A DNA stretch of 64,000 nt, taken from positions 3,353,589 to 3,417,588 of the forward strand of contig MU053994.1 of assembly GCA_013239625.1 (NCBI GenBank), in the 5' to 3' direction. Below the pieces are notes generated by a model. That model was not told where the DNA came from and ran no database searches. It was given only the letters and a program-made list of their open reading frames with translations. The translations under genes were made by a program, and so were the position numbers. Below are positions 39,180 to 51,219 of this stretch, piece by piece (within the stretch, counting starts at the first letter, position 1; each line of letters begins with the position of its first letter). The stretch comes from Lama guanicoe. Its lineage: Eukaryota.

Positions 39180-39400
39180 AGCTCTGGATGGGCTCTGAAG
39201 TCGCACCATCGGGGTTCAAATATAGGCCCTACAATATACCAGTTATCTTATCATCAATAAGTTATTTACCCTCTACGGACCTAAATCTTCTCATCTAGAA
39301 AATGACAGTAATAAATGGTATTCATCTCAGAGATATTTTCATTAAATATTGTAACAACTAAATGAATTTATATATATAAGTACTTCAGTGGTTATTATTT
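39180..39400 (+). mobile_element. MIR SINE (decayed)
   Basis: GGGCTCTGAAGTC...GGGTTCAAAT...AAGTTATTTACCCTCT...TTCTCATCTAGAAAATG. Confidence 0.6.
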
Positions 39401-42357
39401 ATTATTATTATACATTTTCTAAAAGTGGTTCTCAGGGAAGCTTGCTACTTCAATACTTGGGGCTCTTAATAGGACAAAATAAATCTAGAAATTAATAGGT
39501 ACAGAAGATAAGACCTCAGATACCCAACTCTTCCTCGTCTTCCCTTGACACCCCTCTCTTTTTCTCTCTTGAATAAAGACAGGAAGTGATATGGAGCAGG
39601 GGGGCTTAACCTCAAGACAATTTAATCTAGAAATTCCAAAGAAGTGATTGGTAATAAAATAGCCAGGAAACCTTGGTCTTGGGAAGAAAGGGACAGTGGT
39701 GAGGGTTCTGGGCACTGATACATGATGCCTTTTTAATTCCCTGTATCTCAGGGCAATCCAACTCATTATTTTCCGGGGTATAGGTGTATGTATGTGTTTT
39801 GCACCTGTGGCAATATGATGGCTTACATTATTTTTTTACAATTCTACCAAGTGCTTCATTTTCAGAAATTTTAATCTACTTTTGGCTTTTCAAAGAACTT
39901 GAAAAAAAAGGTCGATTATGAAGCATGATATGAACCAAACTTAACTGACTCAATGTTGAAATTCAAAATTTGACTGTCCTCAAAAATATTTTTGCCTCTT
40001 CTAATCCAATGCTAAAGTCTCCCTTTCCTTAAACCTGCTAACTTCCCATTTGCTTTCCAACTCCTACCTCTGAAGGCATTCCAATTCTAAAGACTGCCAC
40101 CATGTTTCTATCGTGTGCATTTCTAGAAGACAGTGTCTATCCAGTGCATTCAAGCCTCTGTGGAGAGACAAAAGGCAAAGGTGAACTATAGTGAAACTCT
40201 GAATGGCCGGTCCATTTACGTTTCGTCATTAGACCTTTCTTCCAAGGCTTATCACTTTTCTGTGCTATTATAAATTTCCAAACTTTGGGCCATAGTTTCT
40301 GCTGTTTCAAAATAGTTTTTAAGGGAAATACTCCCATGGTTGGCTGAGAAACCAGCTTGCGGAACAAGCAGAAAATCTTCACATCCTGATTAAGGGTGGG
40401 ACGGCCATGATTACAGCTGCTTGTAGTGGGTGGCGAGGGCCTGCGCGCAGAGACAGACACAGGGCTGTGGCCAGACACCACATCCTGAAGAGAGTAGGGG
40501 GGCTCAGTGAGCCTTGAGCAAACAACAGCTCTGACTAAGAGAGCTCAGCTTCACTCCTCCTAAAGGCAACCACTGGTTCGGGTGTGCAATGAACTGGATA
40601 AAGGCTTCCACTGTCCCCCACCCCTCCTTGAAGAAACTATCTTTTGAATGTGATGTTCTCCTGTGGACTATATAAGGCATGTCTTCTCTTCCCACATCCA
40701 GCCTCCCGAGGGGTCAGAGAAGAGTATTTAAAAGACCAACCATCGCAACTTTAGAAGACTCGAGCTTGGGTAGCCCCAAATAACTGTCTAATTGAAGCAC
40801 AAAGTTCTGGTATGACTGAGCTGTCCTGTGTCCTCTGGGTTCTGACTCCAAGGCAGGTTGAAAAGGGACCCTAATCCTAACCCCAATAATCCTTGTGAGT
40901 CAGGAAAGCTCTCATGCACCCCTGGTGAATACAGCTCACTACAGGTTGGCAAAATAATTTACAGCATGCGTGCCCCTTGAACCATTCTTACTGAACCACT
41001 CCAAACGAATTCTGAGGCCAGAGTTAAAAACACACTTCCTACTCAAACAAATATTTCAAAAGCAGGAAACTTCACACAAGGCAGGAATGACACTCTGGGG
41101 AGCTGCTCTAACACCTCAAGGAGTAAATCATAAGGGTCAGAGCAGAACACACAGGAGGCCAGTATTTGGTGGATGATATAGGAAGTAATTAGAACAGCTG
41201 GGCAAGAGCATTTAGACTTGGATAACAGAAGCAGAACTTTGAAGAGCAGATGCATGAGAAAGATGAATGAGAACCCAAGAAAACTATTGGTGACCTGAGT
41301 GAGAAAAGTTCAAGGGGCTACCTTTACAGAGAACTTGCAATTCTTAAAATTTCTGCCTGATGAGTTATGTTTTTGTTAATCTTATATTCTCTGACATTTA
41401 TACTTTTGACTCATTGCAATAATATTTCCTAGTATCTTAGAAAAATGGAAATAAAAATTTCTTTATATTTCAATTAGGGAACTCAAAATCACTTAAGTCA
41501 TAAAGAATTTATACTGATATTGATGGGATTAAAAAGTAGCTTAATGAAGTCCAAGGTTTTCAAGGATAGGAAAAAAATTGGGTTTGAGTTCTTCCATAGT
41601 CAATTCTGCTACCTCAGAGCCTAGAACAGGAAACCCTGTCTGAATGAAGTTAAAAAGCATACAAAACTTGACTCCAGTTTCCCTATCATAAGGTACCCTT
41701 AATGACCCTAGAGAAAAACCATTATTTCTGCTAAGGCAGAGGGTGAGGTTGGAAAAAAAAAAAACCAAACACATGCTTTAGAGTTAATTTACTAGCTGTG
41801 CCACCTTGGGCATGCTATTTAACCCTTTGTAACTCAATGTCCTCATGTGTAAGACAGGACTACCACCACCCATTGTTAGGGCTCTTCTATGGAAAATGCT
41901 CTGCCCGGTACTGGCACAGAACTGCTGTTTACTATGTGTTCTCTTCTCTTTCCTTCTAGTTCTCCTGGCCTGTCAGAATCACTTTGATTCACTGTTTTCT
42001 CCCTTTTCTCATTTACAGAGCATTTAAAGTCTGTACCATACAACATGTATTAATCTGAATTCTTGGCTTGCTTGTGGAATCTCTTGAATTTCCAGAGACC
42101 CTAAATTAGCTTGTGGCTAATATATCTCTTCTGCAACCTCCACACTCCACTAGAAACACAGCAGAGACTCCAATAAATATTTGTGAAGTGAATTGCACTG
42201 TTTAAGAAAACTATAGTGCACTAAAAATCAAAATAAAGGAAGAAATGGCAAAAATTACACCGATACAGGCAGTCTTGCCTGATAAATTATCAGTTGTCTG
42301 ACCATCATTTTAAGCAGTACTTCTGACTCTTCCTTGGTTGAAAGGTTGACCGACATC

Positions 42358-42770
42358 TGCAGTAGCCGGTTTCCAAGATGGCTCCCAACAACTATCATCT
42401 CTTGATATTTATCCCTCCCACACTGAATTACTGCTAGTCCCGTGTGACCAACAGAATACTACAAAAGTGACAGTGTTGACTTTAGAGGCTAGACCAAAAA
42501 AAGGCACTGCAGCTATGACCTTGTTCTCTTCATTCGCTTGCTCTGGTGGTAGCCAGCTACCATGTTGTGAGGACAGATGGTGGTTATGACCTTGGGCAAG
42601 TTATGTGACCTTTCTGAGGTTCATTTTCCTTACTCTTAAAATGAAGACACTTATTTCATACTACTTACTTCATTGGGTATTGTGGTTATTAAATAAGACA
42701 TGCATGTAAAGCACAGATCAGGATGCCTGGCACATAATACACTTCCATGAAATGCAGCTAATACTGGTGG
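42358..42770 (+). mobile_element. MLT1 LTR 5' fragment followed by a MIR
   Basis: CCAAGATGGCTCCCAA...GTGACCAACAGAATA...GCCAGCTACCATGTTGTGAGG, then TGACCTTGGGCAAGTTATGTGACC...CCTGGCACATAAT. Confidence 0.7.
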
Positions 42771-44359
42771 TGGTCCTAGAAGCTGCAGTAGCAGCAGCTG
42801 ATTGGATGTGAGATGTGAAAGCAAGAGAGGAATTGAGGATGACTCATAGGTTTGGGGCTTGAATAACCTTAGAAATGATGGCATCATCTTCTGAGTTTGA
42901 GGACAATGGAAGATAACTTGTGGAGAGAAAGGAGATAGATAGATAGATATATATATATAACCAAAGGTGCTTAAGCCTCAAACAAGTAATACTAAAATTA
43001 TCTGTCAATCACTTATAAACAACATTCTTTTCCCATTCTTTCTTCTCTAAATTGCTTCAAACTGTTTTTGTTTTGTTGTTGTTGTTCTAAATAATTCCTT
43101 CCTGGAACATGAAAAATTCTTGAAGTAAAGATGATAGGAGTTCCAGAGGCAAACTGCTCTGCAATCAATGGCCATGGAAGCCTGGATGAGTCACTGTTCT
43201 TAATTAGATGATGGCAAGCACTGCAAGGATGAATCGCAGCAGAACAGAATCAAGACATTCAGGTAGTCCTCACTTCTGTTTCAGAGAGAAATAGTAGCAA
43301 ACATTATGAAGAATTCATGCAATCAACGTGCAAGAAGATAAGCATCGGGGCTTATGAGAAATGGCAAAGTACTTCTATTAATTTTAAATGAAGATTCCCT
43401 GAAAACTAAAATGCTCAGGCTTGATGAAATTAGATTTCTGTTCCTATTCTCAGACTCCCACTGGTTTAACTACCCAAGGAAGGGATGCGTGATGCAGGTC
43501 CAGCTCGCCAGCTATACGCAGTCGGCTTTCATTTAGTTAAGAGTTCACAGACTGATTAAACAATCCTCTACATAAAACTGGTTCCACAATTCTTTATATC
43601 GTAATGTAACTATTCATTTTATCTCAGGTATAGTTGGTCTTCAGATTCTGGAACTTTCCAGGATTCCCCAAATCCATTATGAAATGCTCCAAACAATGTG
43701 CTACTTTGAACACGAATGGAGGCAGCAGAGGACAATTTGAAGTAGGATGGATTAGTTCCTTAGTAACCAAGAGGAGACCCAAACCCCGGGGTGTGGCCTG
43801 TGCTTACAGCGTACTGCTCAGGGCCTCACTTCTTTCTCCTCAAAACAAAGGGTTTCTACCCACAGATGATCTTAAAGTTCTATTCCAGCTCTATGATATT
43901 TGATTCCAGTAACCTGCTACAAGTAAGAAAATGTTGACCTTTGTTTCCCTTTGTTCTTGATCAAGATGAACTGCAAACAAGCCATCCACAAATGACTTTA
44001 CAGACAAATCTGTACCAGTTTACTGAGTTACTATGGATTGGTTCCCTCTACCACTGTGTTGTATAAAACTAACTAGCCATGGGGATGTAAACCTTTGAAC
44101 TTAACTTCTGCCAAACATGCTAATGAAGCTAAGTGAGGTGTAACTGGTTCATGAAATAATCATAAGGAAGCACAGTATATATATTGTCCACAACTTCCTC
44201 CCACTATAGAAATAGAGAAATGAGTGTTCTTTTTTTTTGAGAAGATAGTTGCTACATTTACTATGACTACTGAATTTCTCCAATATTCTGTTTAATTTTG
44301 TTTTCTTCCCACTATAGTTGGTGTCATGCAAGAGTCTATTCACACTGACTAAAACTGAA

Positions 44360-44455
44360 ATATACTGGAAGAGTGATGATCAGAGAACTTCAAGTCTGAA
44401 ATTTAGCATCACCGCCCTGAAAAATAGAGCCTTGGTTGGCATAAACTACTCAGAG
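44360..44455 (+). other. GPR82: Inferred GPR82 non-coding first exon (start unknown)
   Basis: Strong donor GAG|gtaaga at 44456 in unique sequence ~2.5 kb upstream of the CDS. PU.1-type ACTTCCTC at 44193-44200. Confidence 0.4.
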
Positions 44456-45786
44456 GTAAGACTGATCATTCACTTTTAGCTTAAAAGTTAATTCTATAAA
44501 AAACTCTAACAGGGCTAAAATGCTTAAATTTTGAAAACTTATCATTAAGAAAGGTAGTCAGCATATTAATTATGTAGATAATCATTAGAACTGAAGTTAG
44601 AATTGTTGACTTCTTTTTTCATTTGTCAAATTAGCAGAGGCACAGCGTGTACAGGAGTGACTGAAGATGTTTTGCTGAGGGGAATGCAAACTTGTACACA
44701 TTTTCTAGGGGGCAATTCTGTATATACAACATGTAACTTTTATTTCTTAAGCTCTATAGTATTTTCTAAATTTTAGAAAATAATTATCTAGTAGTTTTAT
44801 AATCAAACTTTATTTTTACAGGAGAGGTACGTAGTAGATACAAGTTGATATTTGGGAAGCTAAAGATGGTAACCTAGTTGTTTGTTATAGTGAAGGTTCC
44901 TAGAATCTCAATGTCATCTGTCTGATAAAGGCGGCCTCTGTGAAAGTCTTTTTACTTCTCTTCTGTTCTGAAGAATTTGCTAGTGTGAAATAGAAAATTA
45001 GGCAATGGTAATGAGTAATATGAGATAGCAGATGCTGTATGAGGTGGTCTAGTTTAAAAAAAAAAAGGCATACTATCATTAATACAGAAGCACCACCTTT
45101 ACCGATTTTAGTATATATAATGTATTATCTATGCAAGGCAGGGGCTAATGTTTTTCTTTAATATCATCATAAAAGGAAGCTTCATTCCTTATGTAATACA
45201 AAAATCTACTTTGATTAGATAAATTTTTCTTAAGAAATAAACTGGCTAATTTCACTGTATTTGACTGATTTTTAAGTCAATTCCAATTTGCCAGGCTGTA
45301 CTGGATTCAGATACAAAAGCACTTTGAAGCATATGGACTGTTCTCTAAATAAAAGTTGGAAAGCAACAAAATAAAATGCTAAAGACACTGTTAGACATTA
45401 AGGGTCTCAGTACTTGAACCTTGAGTCGGCGTACAGCCCTCAAGCTTTCAAGTATTTGGGCGAAAACTGTTTGGTTTAAAAAATTATTTCAAAATTATAA
45501 TAATATATTTGGGGGGAAAACTCTTATTTCTATAATCAAAGATGTAAAAAAATGTAATCATGATTCTGAAGAGGGGTAGAGAGTGAAATATCCCTGAGGG
45601 GCTGGGAACATGTAAGAATCTCAGAAGGCAGTATGTAGTAAAAATTTTTGTGTTTATCAAAAGAGAGAATATGATGGAAAAAATAATTGAGAATCCCCAC
45701 TCTGGATTATAAAAGAGTGGAAAGTGTGGTACTTAGAAAGGTATAGTAAAAAATAGAGAAATGATGCATATTCTGAATAGAGCTCA

Positions 45787-45918
45787 TTTTTTTTTGCAGG
45801 GGGAGGTAATTAGGTTTGTTTATTTATTTGGTTTTTCAGTGGAGGTACTGGGGATTGAACCCTGGACCTCGTGCACGCTAAACACGCGCTCTACCATTTG
45901 AGCTATACCTTCTCACCC
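45787..45918 (-). mobile_element. tRNA-derived camelid SINE (vic-1 type)
   Basis: Minus strand GGGTGAGAAGGTATAGCTCAAATGGTAGAGCGCG...GGGTTCAATCCCCAGTACCTCCA with A and B boxes, then the AAATAAATAAACAAACCTAATTACCTCCCCC tail and poly-A. Confidence 0.85.
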
Positions 45919-46730
45919 TGAGCTTGTGATTTTTATTTGACCAAAATCCAAAATCTTTTCTTATTCCCACCTGAAAGAACTAAAGGAACAAGAAAAATAA
46001 GAATGAAAAGGAGTTTATATGTGACTCTTAAAACACTTCCTGTGTACCCTCTGAAGCAAAAAAAATTAAAAATTAGACATAAAATCCTACCTGCATTTAG
46101 GCTGCGATTAAGTATCTTCTTAAAAAAAAATTCTCTGAAAAACCAAGATACTAAATTACACACAAAGACACATGAGGGCGCTCTAACCAACAAGCAGTAG
46201 CAACTACAGCTTTGACACAGAATCCGAAACTAAGCTTTTTTACTGAAGTATCATAGATTAGCATTAAATATTTGAAATAAGAAATTACTGATGCTCTTTG
46301 GTAAGGACTCTGGGATTTTGGTGTTATCTTTGGTCACTACACTTTCTTTCTGTTCAAGATCTTGCCTGAGTATTTGCTGATGTAGAATTAAGTTTACTCC
46401 TGAAATACGAAGAGACTTCTAACAGTGTTAGATTATAGACAAGTTCTTTAATCTAGCCGTGAAAAGACACCATTTTGAAAAGTACTTATGTACGATTAAA
46501 GTGATTAATTAAAAATCAGTCTTCCCTCTGTTAACGTGGCTACAAAACACTTTCGCAACACTTTCCTTTGGCTAGTAGGTATTGCTTGCATGTGTCTTAA
46601 ATTATTAAGTTACCTTTCTAGGCCAAAATCAATTGTCATTTACAAATTGCTTTAAAATCTAGTATAAGAACTCTAGTATAAAATAATAAATCTCAGCATA
46701 TAACTATTTCTATCAAATTTTGTTTTTCAG

Positions 46731-46798
46731 ACAAAGCCAGTATCCACAATAATCAACCTTCTGCTTTTATTTCACTTGGACAATTGTGATTAGAAAAG
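46731..46798 (+). other. GPR82: Inferred GPR82 non-coding middle exon (68 nt)
   Basis: Acceptor aaattttgtttttcag, donor AAG|gtgaga. A 141-nt intron follows, ending ctgttctag at 46939. Confidence 0.55.
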
Positions 46799-46973
46799 GT
46801 GAGAAGGTATCTATACTTTCCTTTTCCATCCAATACATTCATGTTACTATTTTACTTTATCCAATGCTTTTTAAAAAATACGATTCAGCTTAAATACCAT
46901 CTATAATTTTAATGTTAAATGTCTGCAATTCTGTTCTAGCTCCTGTGGCAAAATTCAAGGAAATCTGATATAA

Positions 46974-47972
46974 ATGAGTAACAACTCAACATGTATTCAA
47001 CCATCCATGATCTCTTCCATGGCTTTACCCATCATTTATATGTTCCTTTGTATCATTGGTCTCTTTGGAAATTCTCTCTCTCAATGGATCTTTTTAACAA
47101 AAATAGCTAAGAGAACACCAACGCACATCTATCTAGCACATCTTGTGACTGCAAACTTACTTGTGTGCACTGCCATGCCTTTCATGGGTATCTATTTCTT
47201 GAAAGGTTTTCAATGGGAATATAAATCTGCACAATGCAGGGTGGTCAATTTTTTGGGAACTCTATCCATGCATGTAAGTATGTTTGTCAGCCTCCTAATT
47301 TTAAGTTGGATTGCCATAAGCCGCTATGCTACCTTAATGAAAAAGGATTCCATACAAGACACCACTTCGTGCTATGAGAAAATATTTTACGGCCATTTAC
47401 TGAAAAAATTTCGCCAGCCTGAGTTTGCTAGAAAACTCTGTGTTTACATATGGGTGGCTGTACTGGGCGTAATTATTCCAGTTATCATATACTACTCAGC
47501 TGTGGAGGCTACGGAAGGAGGTGAGAGCCTGTGCTACAACCGGCAGACGGAACTGGGAGCCACGATCTCTCAGATCGCAGGCCTCATTGGAACCACATTT
47601 ACTGGGTTTTCATTTTTAGTTGTAGTAACATCGTACTACTCTTTTGTCAGCCATCTGAGAAAAATAAGGACCTGTACATCCATTACAGAGAAGAGTTTGA
47701 CTTACAGCTCTGTGAAAAGGCATCTTTTGGTCATCCAGATTCTCCTAATAGTTTGCTTCCTTCCATATAGCATTTTTAAACCTATTTTTTTTGTTCTACA
47801 CCAAAGAGAGAACTGTCAGCAACTGAATCATTTAATCGAAATAAAAAACATCCTCACCTGTCTTGCATCGGCCAGAAGTAGCACAGACCCCATTATCTTT
47901 ATCTTTTTAGATAAAACGTTCAAGAAGACACTATACAATCTCTTTACAAAATCTAATTCACCACATATATAA
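46974..47972 (+). CDS. GPR82: Orphan G protein-coupled receptor 82, 332 aa
   Basis: Intronless 7TM ORF starting MSNNSTCIQPSMISSMALPII with GN, SRY, CFLPY and DPIIF motifs. Downstream of GPR34 in the same CASK intron, as in other vertebrates. Confidence 0.97.
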   Translation: MSNNSTCIQPSMISSMALPIIYMFLCIIGLFGNSLSQWIFLTKIAKRTPTHIYLAHLVTANLLVCTAMPFMGIYFLKGFQWEYKSAQCRVVNFLGTLSMHVSMFVSLLILSWIAISRYATLMKKDSIQDTTSCYEKIFYGHLLKKFRQPEFARKLCVYIWVAVLGVIIPVIIYYSAVEATEGGESLCYNRQTELGATISQIAGLIGTTFTGFSFLVVVTSYYSFVSHLRKIRTCTSITEKSLTYSSVKRHLLVIQILLIVCFLPYSIFKPIFFVLHQRENCQQLNHLIEIKNILTCLASARSSTDPIIFIFLDKTFKKTLYNLFTKSNSPHI

Positions 47973-48739
47973 CCTTCTGGTTGATTTCTGAGTGAAAAAC
48001 ACCACCAAACAGAAAAGTATTCATATGACTCTATCAGGGACCCTAAACTATAGGATTAACAGGTGATAGCTTGGTTGATAATAGGTACCAAGTAAACCTC
48101 TTTGGTTTTTAAAAACAAACAGAAAACTCACTGTGGTTCTACTTATACTGAAAGTTGAAATGGCAGAGACTCTGAGGGGCAAAAGTAAAGCATATTGAAA
48201 GGATCCCACCGCATATGAAACCAATAGGTCATTTTCTGTTTAAACTCAACCATGGATGCTTCTATTCAGAACACAGTATTTCACAACTATAGGATAAAGA
48301 GGCAAATGGTTTATGAATTCTCTGCTTTCTAGTAGTTAGAAAACAAGGGGTAATGTTTTGTTGGTAACTTTAAAAATGAGTAAAAGAAAAAAGTAAGAAA
48401 TTTCCTCACTTAATTCCTATCTAAATGTATGAACAATGCACCGTAAAAATCCAAGGTTTTTATAAATACCTTATTTATTTGTTATTATGTGGTTCACCAT
48501 CCTGGGAGAAGCAATATTCATTGATTACAGTATTGATTAAGTAGATGCTATTTATAAATATGCTTAAATATTTGGATTAGGCTTTGTCAAAATAAAAAAG
48601 AGTAATACAATGTTATTATGCCAATCTTCATCACATTTGGGGTATTTTCCTCTGTATTCAATATAAATAATGTTATTATTGACAAACAGTACCTGGCATG
48701 TAAGTATGTCCAATTAATTTTTGCAAAATAAATGAATAA

Positions 48740-49080
48740 GGCAGTTTAATAGCACTGCTGCAAGACTGATCTCTGGAGTTAGATTCCCTGGGTTCAATCC
48801 TAGTTCCACATCTTAGCCGGACAATCTTAGGCAAATTACCCTCCTTAAGTGTTAATTTCTTCATTTGTAGAATGGAAAAATACTATGTAATTCACAGGTA
48901 CTATTATTAAAGCAGATGATGTTACTACTATGAGCAGTTATCATTTACTAAGCAGTTACTATGTGCCAGGCACTCGGCTTATATGCTTTACATGTATTAT
49001 TTTAATCACCACAACCGTAAAGTATGCCAATCTACTGATGAAAAAACTAAAGTGCATAGTTAAATAAGTTACCCAAATTT
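48740..49080. mobile_element. Two MIR fragments in opposite orientation
   Basis: Plus: CTGGAGTTAGATTCCCTGGGTTCAATCCTAGTTCCAC. Minus: TACTATGTGCCAGGCACT...TGATGAAAAAACTAAAG. Confidence 0.65.
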
Positions 49081-50695
49081 TCTTCATTATCTAAGTAAAT
49101 GTTTAAGGATTAAGCATCTCTTAATGGTCATTTCTTTCTTCCATGTAAACTTGTCAGTGAGACAAATGATGGTGGCTATATTCTGTATTATATATATTAT
49201 AATTAAAAATAAAAAAAGACTGTGTATTTTATCTTTCCAAAGAGGTCATAAGCACCTTTGGAGCTATAGTCTATTTTGTATTTCTACTCCTATGGTACTT
49301 GCATTCTCTCTGCTCAGATAAGAACTAAATATAAACAGTTGAATAAACATTAACTGTAACCTGCTACTTTGTTAGAGGTTGCTTAAAGACTCATTATTCC
49401 CTACATGGAAATTACTTCAGTGCTCAAAAAGAAGTTTAAAGTAAGTTCACATAGCACTTCCAAGCCTTTCATCTCATAGCATGTTTTGTTCCAGAATTAA
49501 AAATGCAGAAACAATTCACTGTACAGAATCCCCAAGAGCCATGTGTTCAAAATCACGAGAGATTTTTCCAACATATCTGTGTAATTTTCATTAAAAAAGA
49601 ATAGAAAACAAACAATAAATATTTTTCTCCTTTTTTTACTTCAATGCTTAACTGAGAGAAGAAAATGTTCAGAGAAATGTCTGAAAAAACACATGCTGAC
49701 TTCAAATATTTATAGTGTACATCTATTCTTTTATAGGAGCAATCTTATTTCTGGCAGATTAGTTTTGATTTACAAAGACAAAGGCAGACCTAGGAACTCC
49801 AGGTGATTCCCTAGAGGCTAGCTGTAAAGAGGGGTGTCCAATCTACAAACTTCAAAGGCATGAGAATCACAGAATAACTCAAAGTTGACCAGGAGAGTTC
49901 CCAAGACATCCAGCTTTCTCTCCAGTTACATCAATGGTTTTATTCTTACGTAAGTTTTAAAACCAAAACTCATTAGACTAAGAGGAATTGAGATGACTGA
50001 TAGTTTTCATTTGACATAAGCAATACCACATTAAACCTCACTGCACTTAGGAGTTTTGAAAATATATATAACTTCTAAAAATCATCATTTAAAAAAAATC
50101 ACTCTACATCACCCCTACTTTAAATAAAAGATATTACACCAAAGTAGAGCTTCCTACATTTAAAAAAGGCAGAAAAAGAGGTATGCAATTTCCTTTTAAG
50201 TTACTCATTCTGATAAAAAACTTGCACTTTAATTCTCTGTACTGAGCTTATCTAATCACCATGATTATTTTTACACCATAGATGCTTTCCTGAATAGATG
50301 ATTGCAAATCACATTGAATTTTCTGTGTAGTTGAAGAACTATCTATTTAATGTAATGACAAATATTTTATACGAAGTGTCACTTTCTAAATTTACCCTAA
50401 ATTTAAAGTGCAGATTTCAGAAAAATCATGTTTTTAATGTGTCTGTAAGTGACAGTCAAACATAATTTCAGAAACCCCAAATTTTGACTTAAAGGTCAAC
50501 AAAGATTATATCTTAATTATAGAAAAGAGGCATGACAAATGTTTATTTCCCCCAACCTTTCATATACACACTCCCATTAAGGCAACTTTCAAACTTTTAA
50601 TCAGGAACACAAACTATTAAGACTAGACGAGGAAAATTAAGGACAGACTATTCAACTTGGAAGTGAGTTTCTATTCCCCGGGTAGAAGAGGAAGA

Positions 50696-51219
50696 TGTGG
50701 GAGAAGGAAAAATTTTTCCTCTACCCCGTAGGCTCTTCCAGCTGGTCTAAGAGTTAAATTGATGCAAGACAGATTAACAGGAGAAAATCCAAATTTAATT
50801 ATGTACCTATGGGGGTTCCATTAGAATATGAAGCCCAAGGACAAGTTGGGCAATTGAAGTTTAGAAGCCATTGGAGAGAAGGAGAGGCGGGGATAGCTTT
50901 GGGATTCAAAAGGGAGGAAGGCAATTCACATGGAGATGGAAAAACAAACGTCTGGTAAACACATGTTTGCTGGACCAGGCAGAGACAATGGGGCGCTGAG
51001 AGGACTTTGGTCTCCCCAGACTGCAGACTGCTCGACCACACTTAGTCCATATTCTCTACAGATATCTCTGCTGATAGTACTCTTCCTGGACTAGACCCTT
51101 TAAATTCTTTTAGGTGGTTAAGGGGGAGGTATAAAGAAGGACTTCCTGAGTCTTTTGTTTCTTAACAACCAGCCCTCAAATAGACACATTTTGGGCGTGG
51201 CAAGTTTTGTTCCCCTGCA
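50696..51219 (-). mobile_element. ERV1-class solo LTR (MER34/MER39-like)
   Basis: Minus strand starts TGCAGGGGAACAAAACTTGCCACGCCCAAAATG and ends ATTAAATTTGGATTTTCTCCTGTTAATCTGTC...TTCTCCCACA; no clean TSD. Confidence 0.75.

Noticed and set aside
45838..45918. Possible tRNA-Ala gene
   Set aside because: It is the SINE head, followed by a SINE tail and poly-A; the cloverleaf is degenerate.
27934..47770. Overlapping ORFs inside GPR34 (27934-28143, minus) and GPR82 (47531-47770, plus)
   Set aside because: Short shadow frames with no independent support; the GPR82 one starts at GTG.
47961..47972. New GPR82 C-terminus (SPHI) as a ligand for the CASK PDZ domain
   Set aside because: Poor fit to known class II ligands such as EYYV and EFYA; nothing supports it beyond genomic proximity.
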